Below are positions 28,967-36,629 of a stretch of 64,000 bases of DNA, piece by piece. This DNA is from an uncultured Gaiellales bacterium (GTDB lineage: Bacteria > Actinomycetota > Thermoleophilia > RBG-16-64-13): positions 348 through 64,347 of the forward strand of contig CAZCCL010000001.1 of NCBI GenBank assembly GCA_964497095.1. Direction: 5' to 3'. The translations under genes and the position numbers were made by a program. The stretch's first letter is position 1. Each line of letters begins with the position of its first letter. The notes under the pieces are model-generated. The model saw nothing but the letters and a program-made list of their open reading frames with translations, did not search any database and had not been told where the DNA came from.

Positions 28967-29566
28967 GTGAGCGTTACCGTGCTCGGCTTGGCAGGCAGCG
29001 CCCGCCGCGGGGGGAACACCGAGACCCTCCTCGACTGGTGTCTGGCGGCAGCTGCAGGGGAGGGTGCCGAGGTGGTCAAGTTCCGGCTCTGCGACCTCGA
29101 ACTTCACGGCTGCCGGGCCTGCGAGTCCTGCTCGCGTGACGGCGTGTGCGTGGTCAAGGACGACATGCAGTCGCTCTATCCGCACCTTAGAAGGGCCGAC
29201 TCTATCGTGCTGGCCGCCCCGGTCTACTCCATGGGCATACCGGCGGTACCCAAGATGGTCATCGACCGCTGCCAGCCCTTCTGGGCGCTCAAGTACGTGC
29301 TCAAGCAGGCCGTCGCCGAGCCGGGTGGCCGGCAGAGGTTGGGGGCGTTCCTCAGTTGTGCCGGGACCTCGTTCAGCTATGTCTTCGACGGCTGCCGGCT
29401 GGTGATGCGCACCTTCTGGCACATGCTGGAGGTGTCGCCGGCCGGAGACCTGCTCTGCCCGGGAGTGGATGCCAAGGGAGACATACTCGAGCATCCCGAG
29501 GCCCGGGAGGTGGCCGAGGATATCGGTCGGCGTCTGGGGCGCGGGCGGGGTCCGCGCACGGGTTGA
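28967..29566 (+). CDS. Iron-sulfur flavoprotein (Isf-like NADPH-dependent FMN reductase fold with compact Cys motif)
   Basis: MSVTVLGLAGSARRGGNTETLL… flavodoxin-like start. CRACESCSRDGVC compact 4-Cys motif typical of Isf. Confidence 0.7.
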   Translation: MSVTVLGLAGSARRGGNTETLLDWCLAAAAGEGAEVVKFRLCDLELHGCRACESCSRDGVCVVKDDMQSLYPHLRRADSIVLAAPVYSMGIPAVPKMVIDRCQPFWALKYVLKQAVAEPGGRQRLGAFLSCAGTSFSYVFDGCRLVMRTFWHMLEVSPAGDLLCPGVDAKGDILEHPEAREVAEDIGRRLGRGRGPRTG

Positions 29567-29591
29567 ACACGCGATCTAGGAAGGGGGACAG

Positions 29592-29795
29592 GTGGTAGAC
29601 GAGATCAAGACCTGCATCGAGTGCGGCAAGCCTCTCGTTGATCGGGTCGAGGAGGAGGAGCGCACCGGCACGGGCACCAGCCTTTCGACGGGCGAGTGCA
29701 GCACGTATCGGGTCTGGTCCTGCGCGAACAGCGAATGCGTGCTGTACAAGACCGACATATACAGGGACCAGATAGCCGATCGCAGCGACCGCTGA
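29592..29795 (+). CDS. Small zinc-ribbon protein (CxxC…CxxxxC)
   Basis: 67 aa: TCIECGKPL…WSCANSECV. GTG start with AAGGGGGA RBS. Confidence 0.4.
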   Translation: MVDEIKTCIECGKPLVDRVEEEERTGTGTSLSTGECSTYRVWSCANSECVLYKTDIYRDQIADRSDR

Positions 29796-29821
29796 GCAAG
29801 GCACGACGATAGGAGGCTCAC

Positions 29822-30025
29822 ATGGAGAAACGCTTGCAGCGGTCCCGGACCGAGAAGATGCTCGGCGGGGTTTGCGGAGGTCTGGCGGCTTATTTCGGCG
29901 TGGATCCCACCTTGGTGCGGGTCCTCTGGATCGCCATGACGCTGATCGTCGGGGTGGGGATCCTGCTTTACCTCATCCTGTGGGTGGTGATGCCCCTAGA
30001 GGCTCCCGCGCAGCCCTTGGACTGA
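29822..30025 (+). CDS. PspC-domain membrane protein
   Basis: …[52 protein letters not shown] matches the PspC domain consensus. Confidence 0.65.
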   Translation: MEKRLQRSRTEKMLGGVCGGLAAYFGVDPTLVRVLWIAMTLIVGVGILLYLILWVVMPLEAPAQPLD

Positions 30026-30817
30026 CGGCCGGGGCGGGACGAAGCCGTAGGGCAGCTCCAGATCGTAGGCCGCGAGTAGAGGTTCGTTCAGCAGTATCTC
30101 CTCGATCGGCCCGTCCGCTACGACCCGGCCCTCCGCCAGGATAAGCGCGCGCTCGCACAGTTCGTAGGCGACCGGTAGGTCGTGAGTCACGACGATCTTC
30201 GTGACCGGCAGATCCTGCAGGATGTCGATGAGCTGCCGCCGGGACTTGGGGTCCAAGTTGGAGGAGGGTTCATCCAATACGAGGACCTCCGGACGCATGG
30301 CAAGCACGGTCGCCGTGGCCACCCGCTTCTTCTGACCGAAAGAAAGATGATGAGCGGGCCGGTCTTCGTAGCCCTGCATACCCACGGCGGCGAGTGCTTC
30401 TCTGACTCGCAGGAGGATCTCGTCTTTCTCCAGACCCATGTTGACCGGGCCGAACGCCACATCCTGAGCCACGCTGGTGAGGAACAGTTGATCCTCGGGG
30501 TCCTGGAAGACCACCCCTACCCTGCGCCTTATCTCACGCAGATTCTTGTCCTCGACGTTCAGGCCGAACACGCGGAGACTTCCCGTCCCCCGCAGGATGC
30601 CGTTGAGATGAAGGAGAAGGGTGGTCTTGCCGGCTCCGTTCGGACCGATGATGGCCACCGACTCCCCCTGTTGTACGTTGAAACCGACCCCGCGCAACAC
30701 TTCGGTACCGTCCGGATAGGCGAAATGGAGGTCTTCGGCCTCCACAGCCGGCGGCTTTCCTCCGACCAAGGACAGCTCGGTCAAAGGGTGCGGCCTCGGG
30801 CTCCTCCCGTCTTTCAC
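29996..30817 (-). CDS. cbiO: ECF transporter ATPase (CbiO/EcfA)
   Basis: GPNGAGKTT Walker [17 protein letters not shown] signature, [11 protein letters not shown] Walker B. GTG start overlaps the cbiQ stop (GTGA). Confidence 0.85.
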   Translation of the reverse strand: MKDGRSPRPHPLTELSLVGGKPPAVEAEDLHFAYPDGTEVLRGVGFNVQQGESVAIIGPNGAGKTTLLLHLNGILRGTGSLRVFGLNVEDKNLREIRRRVGVVFQDPEDQLFLTSVAQDVAFGPVNMGLEKDEILLRVREALAAVGMQGYEDRPAHHLSFGQKKRVATATVLAMRPEVLVLDEPSSNLDPKSRRQLIDILQDLPVTKIVVTHDLPVAYELCERALILAEGRVVADGPIEEILLNEPLLAAYDLELPYGFVPPRPSVQGLRGSL

Positions 30818-31590
30818 AGTGACGACACCGCGCGGACGGAGACAACGAGTAGCAAGAGGCCGCCGAGGAACACGGCGTCGGTGGTCCGAAAGCGGCCCCC
30901 CTCGACCAGTCTCACCGTGCCGTCGTAGCCCCGGCTGAGCATGGCCACGTACACGCGCTCCCCGCGGCTGTAGCTGCGGAGAAACAGCGCGCTCAACATG
31001 TAGCCGAGGGTGGGAGCGTTCCAGAGCCACCGGGCTCGGTAGTTGCGGGCGGTCATGGCTCGGCGCATGCGCCGCAGTTCGTCGGCGAACACAAAACTGT
31101 ACCGGTACATGAAGCTGACTATGAGCACGAAGACCTTGGGTGTCTTCAGGCGCTCGAAACCGGACACCATCTCGGCGAAGGATGTGGTCGAGCTCAGGAT
31201 GATCATGCTGATCACGCCCAGAATGGCTTTCGCTCCCACGTTCCAGAGGACGAGCAGGCCTTCACCCGTGACCCGCATGCCCCCCAGGCTGTAGCCGCCG
31301 CCCCCCGCTTGGTGGAAGAAGGGGAGGAAGATGGCTACCACTAGGATGAAGGGCAACACCACCAGGGCGCGTCGGAGCACGTGCTTGAGGGGGAGGCGCG
31401 AGACCCCGATCAGGAAGAACAGGATGCCGGCGTAGAGCGCGTAGGGCCACATGGGTAGAGCCGGCGTGGTGACCACCACCACCGTGAAGCCGATGAATCC
31501 GAGGATCTTTGCCCGGGGATCGAGACGGTGCAGCGGGCTTTGCTCCGCGCGGATCTCGGTCAGGAAGGAGTCGGCCTCGATCAGCGCCAT
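30814..31590 (-). CDS. cbiQ: ECF transporter transmembrane T component (CbiQ/EcfT)
   Basis: 258-aa polytopic protein with CbiQ-like features (…LDPRAKIL…LSRGYDG…). ATG at 31590. Confidence 0.8.
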   Translation of the reverse strand: MALIEADSFLTEIRAEQSPLHRLDPRAKILGFIGFTVVVVTTPALPMWPYALYAGILFFLIGVSRLPLKHVLRRALVVLPFILVVAIFLPFFHQAGGGGYSLGGMRVTGEGLLVLWNVGAKAILGVISMIILSSTTSFAEMVSGFERLKTPKVFVLIVSFMYRYSFVFADELRRMRRAMTARNYRARWLWNAPTLGYMLSALFLRSYSRGERVYVAMLSRGYDGTVRLVEGGRFRTTDAVFLGGLLLLVVSVRAVSSL

Positions 31591-31622
31591 AGTGCAGTCG
31601 TCCTCACAGGATCGAGCCGGGT

Positions 31623-32693
31623 CTAGGATCGGCCGGAGGGCCCAGAAGGCGGCAAGTCGCGGATCTCGTCGTTCCTCCTCGCAGGCTGGGTGGCTGGGGT
31701 CATGCGCCGGCCTCTTCCACCAAGCGCACGGCCGGCCAGGACCACGAGCCCGAAGAGTACGACCGTGCCCGCCAGACCGGCGATGGCCGTAGCCACCCTC
31801 TCGTTGCCGACTCCGGGCAGCTGGTAGTCGCCGAGTGGAGAAAGACCCCACGTAGGTTCCTCAGCAGCCGCCTGTTCGAATCCCCTGTCCGCTGCGACCT
31901 TCTCCAGGCCATCGGGAGAGCCGGAGGCGAAGGGCGAGACGAACACCGCCAGGGCGACGGCGACGACCAGCGCACCGGCGACGAACGACCAGAAGCGCGC
32001 CCTTCCACTCATGCGCATGCCTGGTCGTCCGGCGGCGCGGCGCACCGTCTCACGAGGTAGGTCGAACGTCTTGACCAGATCGGGGCGGGTGGCCAGGACC
32101 GCAGCCACCACAGCCGTGGTGATCAGGGCCTCGCCGACGGCTATGACCATGTGTACGGAGACCATCGCGGGTAGAGCGATACGGAGCGGCGTGGTCCCGG
32201 AGACGGCCAGTTCGGCCGAAGCCACGGCCGAAGCTGCGACCACCGATATCCAGGAAGCCACGGCTACCGAGACCAAGTAACCGGACAGAGTGCGAGGAAG
32301 GAGCCTCTTCAGTCCAACGAAGACTGCATACCCGACGAAGACCGCGACCACGCCCATGTTGAACACGTTGGCTCCCAAGGCGGTGATGCCCCCGTCGGCC
32401 ATACCCAAGGCCTGGACCACGAGGACGACGGTCATCACAATCGGGGCCGACCACACTCCCAGAAGTGCGACGGCGAACATCGCCCCCAGAAAGTGCCCGC
32501 TTGTGCCGCCGGCGACGGGGAAGTTGAGCATCTGAGCGGCGAAGATGAAGGCCGCACCGACCCCGAGCAGCGGCACGGTCCTCTCGCCCAAGTCGTTCTT
32601 GGTCTTGTGGACCGCGTACGCCACCGTCCCAAGCGATACCGCTCCGGTCGCGACTGCAGTGGGGATGTTTACGAACCCGTCAGGGATGTGCAT
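31623..32693 (-). CDS. cbiM: CbiM/NikM substrate-capture component fused to PDGLE (CbiN-like) domain
   Basis: MHIPDGF… N-terminus diagnostic of CbiM/NikM. C-terminal roughly 130 aa contains the PDGLE motif plus two TM helices. AGGAG RBS. Confidence 0.8.
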   Translation of the reverse strand: MHIPDGFVNIPTAVATGAVSLGTVAYAVHKTKNDLGERTVPLLGVGAAFIFAAQMLNFPVAGGTSGHFLGAMFAVALLGVWSAPIVMTVVLVVQALGMADGGITALGANVFNMGVVAVFVGYAVFVGLKRLLPRTLSGYLVSVAVASWISVVAASAVASAELAVSGTTPLRIALPAMVSVHMVIAVGEALITTAVVAAVLATRPDLVKTFDLPRETVRRAAGRPGMRMSGRARFWSFVAGALVVAVALAVFVSPFASGSPDGLEKVAADRGFEQAAAEEPTWGLSPLGDYQLPGVGNERVATAIAGLAGTVVLFGLVVLAGRALGGRGRRMTPATQPARRNDEIRDLPPSGPSGRS

Positions 32694-32708
32694 CGCTCTC
32701 CTCTGCTC

Positions 32709-33161
32709 CTAGTCTTCCCGGCAGGCGCTGCAGAGGCCGAAGACTGTGACTTCGCGGGTCGCAAAACCCTGGTCTTCAAGCAAGGTGGTACCCAGGCCTC
32801 CCAGATCCTCGTCGTGCACGTGGGTCACCCGACCGCACGTTTCGCAGACCAGGTGGTGATGGGGGACCTCTTCTTCCACCTCGAAGAAGCGCCGAGTGGG
32901 ACCGAGGTGGGTCTCCCGGACCAGATGAAGGTCGACCAGCAACTCCAGAGTGCGGTACACGGTGGACATGTTGATGTTCGGAAACCGGTCCTGCACCCGG
33001 GCACAGACCTCTTCGGCGCTCATATGCGAGCCGTGCTCGCGGAGCACATCCCATACCAAAGTGCGCTGGGGGGTCAGTCTGTACCCCATCTCGTGGAGCG
33101 TGCGGGTGGCATGATGGGTCACGGTTCTTGCAAGCTTATTGCAATAGCCTTTTGTTGTCAA
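32709..33161 (-). CDS. nur: Fur-family metalloregulator, probably nickel-responsive Nur
   Basis: Fur-family DNA-binding helix (…YRLTPQRTLVWDVL…) and metal-site HHH/Cys residues (…HHHLVCETCGRVTHVHDE…). Directly precedes cbiMNQO. Own promoter carries a Nur box. The start is ambiguous: TTG at 33161 or GTG at 33122. Confidence 0.7.
   Translation of the reverse strand: MTTKGYCNKLARTVTHHATRTLHEMGYRLTPQRTLVWDVLREHGSHMSAEEVCARVQDRFPNINMSTVYRTLELLVDLHLVRETHLGPTRRFFEVEEEVPHHHLVCETCGRVTHVHDEDLGGLGTTLLEDQGFATREVTVFGLCSACRED
33128..33144 (-). promoter_or_regulatory. Nur-box-type operator TTGCAA-N5-TTGCAA overlapping the nur promoter -10
   Basis: Perfect TTGCAA-gctta-TTGCAA read from the sequence, matching the published Nur box (tTGCaa-N5-ttGCAA). 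Located in the nur leader. Confidence 0.55.
33133..33161 (-). promoter_or_regulatory. Putative nur promoter TTGACA-17 nt-TAAGCT (valid only if nur starts at GTG 33122)
   Basis: Perfect -35 hexamer with 17-nt spacer read on the minus strand. Under the TTG-start model the -35 is instead codons 1-2. Confidence 0.3.
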
Positions 33162-33280
33162 CAGCAGTCAGGATGCGGGGGACCTTCGCCCCCTTGGCCC
33201 CCAGCGCCTCGGTCTGCTAGTGTCTCGGGTGCTCGCGTATGTGCGGTCCAGGACGCCTACGCAGGCCTCTGAAGGAGCGG

Positions 33281-33314
33281 CGCCTGAGAACTCGTTTCAG
33301 AGTGGCATCTCGGC
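33281..33314 (-). promoter_or_regulatory. Copy C (inverted, partial) of the conserved motif; core CTCTGAAACGAGTTCTCAGG on the minus strand
   Basis: Reverse complement of 33281..33304 matches the cores of copies A and B (14-nt identical run CTGAAACGAGTTCT). Confidence 0.4.
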
Positions 33315-33416
33315 CACCGAGGCCGCGCTTGGCGGCCGGACGCTTCGTTCTTTCGTCGCGTCCGTGTCTCCAGAACGCCTGCTTCCTGCGTCCTTGCCGC
33401 GGGCATGCCAATCTCA

Positions 33417-33455
33417 CCCTGCTGGCGAAAGGTCATTCTGAAACGAGCTCTGAGG
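33417..33455 (+). promoter_or_regulatory. Copy B of conserved 39-nt motif CCCTGCTGGCGAAAGGTCATTCTGAAACGAGCTCTGAGG, 33 nt upstream of the selD ATG
   Basis: See copy A. Followed by AAGGAGG RBS. Confidence 0.5.
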
Positions 33456-33488
33456 GCTATCGAACGGGAAGAAAGGAGGTGATGGTCG

Positions 33489-34556
33489 ATGGAGGCGATC
33501 CCGAGGCTGACCACGCTCTCGCACGGTTCGGGCTGAGCGTGCAAATTGGGCCCCAAGGACTTGGGGCAGGTGATGGAGATGCTGCCACGCGTGGGTGATC
33601 CCGCTCTGCTCGTGGGCGCGGATACGTTGGACGATGCGGCCGTCTACCGCGTGACGGGTGAGATCGCCCTGGTGCAGACGATCGATTTCTTCACGCCGGT
33701 GGTCGACGACCCCTACGATTTCGGTCGTATCGCCGCCGCCAACGCTTTCTCCGACGTCTACGCCATGGGCGGCCGGCCCCTGACCGCGCTCAATATTGTG
33801 TGCTTCCCTTCGGGGGTCCTGCCGTTGGAAACCCTGGGGAGGATCCTGCAGGGCGGGGCGGAGACGGCTCGGCTCGCCGGGGCTACCATCGTTGGTGGGC
33901 ACACCATCGACGACCCCGAACCCAAGTATGGGCTGGCCGTCACCGGCGTGCTGGAGCCGGGCCATGAGCTGACAAACGCCGGCGCCAGGCCAGGCGACGC
34001 CCTCATCCTCACGAAGCCGTTGGGTACCGGGGTGATCTCGACCGCCATCAAGCAGGGGACCGCCTCTGCCGAGGCCATCGCGGCCGCCACCGCCTCCATG
34101 GCGACTCTCAATCGGGGCGGGGCCGAGGTAGCTCGTGCTTGCGGTGCCCATGCGCTCACGGACATCACCGGCTTCGGCCTCCTGGGCCACCTCAGCGAGT
34201 TGTGCCGGGCGAGCGGGGTGCTCGCCGAGGTGTGGTACGACCGGTTGCCCCTGCTGGTCCAAGCAGAAGCACTGGCCCAGACCGGGGTCGTCCCGGGCGG
34301 CACGAGACGCAACCTGGAGTATGTGCAGCCCTGGACGGCGTTCGACCCCGAGTTGGAGCCTTGGCAGCACCTCCTGTGCGCCGATGCGCAGACGTCCGGC
34401 GGTCTCATTCTTGTGGTCTCGCCTGAGAAGGTGCCGGAAGCACTCGAGGCGCTGACGGCCGGAGATACCCCGGCTGCGGTGGTCATCGGCCGGGTCATCA
34501 CCAGGGAGGAAGCAAAGGGGTCCCTACTCACAGTCGGATTCGCCGGAACCGGGTGA
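33489..34556 (+). CDS. selD: Selenophosphate synthetase (selenide, water dikinase), selenocysteine-containing form; UGA-Sec at 33534-33536
   Basis: With ATG at 33489 the N-terminus reads MEAIPRLTTLSHGSG-U-ACKLGPK…, matching the SelD consensus SHGAG(C/U)GCK with TGA at the Cys17 position. The rest is a full AIR-synthase-like SelD body. The ORF caller started at 33546. Confidence 0.9.
33550..33567 (+). other. SECIS-like hairpin GCCCCAA-GGAC-TTGGGGC, 13 nt downstream of the selD UGA
   Basis: 7-bp perfect stem with GGAC loop read from the sequence. Confidence 0.6.
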
Positions 34557-34577
34557 AGGCCACCGGCTGCTGTTGAT

Positions 34578-35042
34578 TCAAACAGGCTGGACCGCGATCC
34601 GGTCGAGCAGCACCGACAGGCTCACCGTGGTGCCTCCCCCGGGAGCACGGGCGAAGCTGACCTCGTCCATGAGCGCCACCATCAGCGGCATCCCCAGACC
34701 CCTGTTTCGGGCGTCTTCCCGGGCTGGGGTTAGCCTGCGGAACGGGCCGTTGTCGGTCACGACGAAGGTCAAACGCCGGGCCTGCAGCCGGGCGCTGATC
34801 TCCAGGGGGAGAGAGTGGCCGCCGGCATGCTCGACGGCGTTGGCGCAGGCCTCGGAGACGGCCACCTTGCAGTCGAAGATCCGCTCCAGGTCGAGCGCGG
34901 CTTCACCAGCGGCCTCCTCCACGAACCGTCTTATCTCCGCGAGACGCGCCGTCTCCGCTTCAACGCGGATGACACGGTGGAACGTGAGATCGTCCGCGGA
35001 TCTCAGATCGTCAAGCGGCCGCAAGTCGTCTGTGGGTATCAA
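34578..35042 (-). CDS. rsbW: Anti-sigma factor / serine protein kinase (RsbW/SpoIIAB-like HATPase_c)
   Basis: …AVSEACANAVEHAGG…LTFVVTDNG…GLGMPLM… is typical of GHKL anti-sigma kinases. Overlaps the upstream antagonist gene. Confidence 0.7.
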   Translation of the reverse strand: MIPTDDLRPLDDLRSADDLTFHRVIRVEAETARLAEIRRFVEEAAGEAALDLERIFDCKVAVSEACANAVEHAGGHSLPLEISARLQARRLTFVVTDNGPFRRLTPAREDARNRGLGMPLMVALMDEVSFARAPGGGTTVSLSVLLDRIAVQPV

Positions 35043-35392
35043 GCCGTCACTTGTCCCTCTAGGGCGGCAGAAGCCGTCCCTTTATCCTCAAACAATTGAA
35101 AGCTGGGGTCGACGAGCAACCCCACGATCTCCAGCAGACGACGGACGTTCGCATTCGGGCCGATGACCCCGAGCGTCCCACGGTCCCGCATGAGGCGCAC
35201 CCCGGTGAGAAGCACCGACAGCCCGCCGCTATCGATGTACGTGACTTGACTCAGATCGAGAAGGACATTGCCGCTGCCCGTCTCCAGAGCCTCGGCAAGG
35301 GCCGTCTCGATGGAGCCGCAGGTACTGTGATCTATGTCTCCCCAAGCCTCGATGAGCGGCGTCTCGCCGAGACTGGTCACCCTTACATCCAT
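35039..35392 (-). CDS. rsbV: Anti-sigma factor antagonist (STAS domain, RsbV/SpoIIAA-like)
   Basis: 117-aa STAS protein with the conserved phospho-Ser context (…LDLSQVTYIDSGGLSVLL…). Confidence 0.75.
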   Translation of the reverse strand: MDVRVTSLGETPLIEAWGDIDHSTCGSIETALAEALETGSGNVLLDLSQVTYIDSGGLSVLLTGVRLMRDRGTLGVIGPNANVRRLLEIVGLLVDPSFQLFEDKGTASAALEGQVTA

Positions 35393-35431
35393 AGCCGCCA
35401 GGTCGATCGGGTTTCGCTCAATGTGTCGCTA

Positions 35432-35456
35432 ATACCCGCGTGACGACATACTAAAC
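35432..35456 (-). promoter_or_regulatory. Sigma-B/sigma-F-type promoter GTTTAG-13 nt-GGGTAT upstream of rsbV
   Basis: Read on the minus strand: GTTTAGtatgtcgtcacgcGGGTAT. Matches the GTTTAA-N12-14-GGGTAT consensus of the general-stress sigma. Lies about 40 nt before the rsbV ATG. Confidence 0.55.
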
Positions 35457-35501
35457 ACGGAGCCCGAAACTTCGGCGATGGAGCATACTTCTCGGCGCGC
35501 G

Positions 35502-36629
35502 TCAAAGCAGCTGTTCCACCGTGGTCAAGGAATAGCCGTGGGCGAAGAGCCAGTCGACGATGACCGGGATGGCCGCCACCGTCTGCGAGCGGTTCTTTCC
35601 GCCATCGTGCATGAGGACGATGGCGCCCGGTTTGGTCTGGGCTTTGACATAGGACATGATGGAGTCCACGTCGGGATACTCCCAGTCCCGGGTGTCTACG
35701 GTCCACATGGCTATACGCAGTCCCTGCGCGCGGGCCTCGGCCGCCACGGCGGCGTCGTATATACCGTAGGAGGGCCGCAGGAAGCGGCACCCTCCGATCA
35801 CGGCATTGGTCCGCGAGATCTCGCTGCGCAGTCTCTCCGGACTCACCTCGGTGAGGATGACGTGGCTCCAGGTGTGGTTCTCCACCTCGTGACCGGCGGC
35901 CTTCATCTCCTTGATCATGGCTTTGTTTCCGGCGGCAGCGCTGCCCAAGACGAAGAAGGTGGCCGGCACGTGCTTGGCCGCCAGAGCATCCAGCACCGCC
36001 TGTGTGAACTCACCCGGACCGTCGTCGAAGGTCAGGGCGGCCAGCTTCTGTCCCGGCTTCGCCGACGTGCTGAGTTGGACGACCATGTTCTGCGGAGGCG
36101 ACAGCATGAACGCCGCCGCCTGCTTTCCGCTGGCCGACCCCACAAAAAGCTGCCGCTCGCCCGAGGTGCCGGACTGCACGAGGCTGACGATGGGTCCGCT
36201 GCCTTCGTAGACGGTCTCGAAGGGTATGGCTTGAGTCTTCTGCTTTATGGTCTCGAGCCTGTGCTCGCCGTGGCGTACCTGCACGAGGGCTCCGTCGGTG
36301 AGAACGGAGCCTTCGGACAGCGGGAGGCCGTCGATCTCTCGCGTGGCCGGGACCCCCTGCCCCATGGATAGCACGTCCCCCGTTAGGTCCAGAGTCGATC
36401 CGGGTCGGGCGAGCAGGGCCGAGATCTCGCCGAGGTCGGCGGCTGTAACGGCCGGGGGGACAGAGTAGGTCCCGCCGTTGACTTGAACCAAACTGCGGGT
36501 GTTGAGGTGGGCAGTCGGTAGTAGCAGGTAGGCCAGAGCTGAAAGGACGACCACGCCGACTATCAACAGCGGTAGATGTCGGCGGGATCTACGGCCTGGA
36601 GGGCGCTGGGTCGCGATGCTGGTCTCCAT
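35502..36629 (-). CDS. Polysaccharide deacetylase family protein (NodB domain) with N-terminal membrane anchor
   Basis: …ALTFDDGPGEFT…FFVLG…HEVENHTWSHV… NodB motifs. N-terminal TM helix. Confidence 0.8.
   Translation of the reverse strand: METSIATQRPPGRRSRRHLPLLIVGVVVLSALAYLLLPTAHLNTRSLVQVNGGTYSVPPAVTAADLGEISALLARPGSTLDLTGDVLSMGQGVPATREIDGLPLSEGSVLTDGALVQVRHGEHRLETIKQKTQAIPFETVYEGSGPIVSLVQSGTSGERQLFVGSASGKQAAAFMLSPPQNMVVQLSTSAKPGQKLAALTFDDGPGEFTQAVLDALAAKHVPATFFVLGSAAAGNKAMIKEMKAAGHEVENHTWSHVILTEVSPERLRSEISRTNAVIGGCRFLRPSYGIYDAAVAAEARAQGLRIAMWTVDTRDWEYPDVDSIMSYVKAQTKPGAIVLMHDGGKNRSQTVAAIPVIVDWLFAHGYSLTTVEQLL

Noticed and set aside
33156-33161. TTGACA as -35 of the nur promoter
   Set aside because: - Only conditionally accepted.
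- If the regulator really starts at the ORF-caller's TTG (33161), this hexamer is simply codons 1-2.
- It is kept as low-confidence pending TSS and alignment data.
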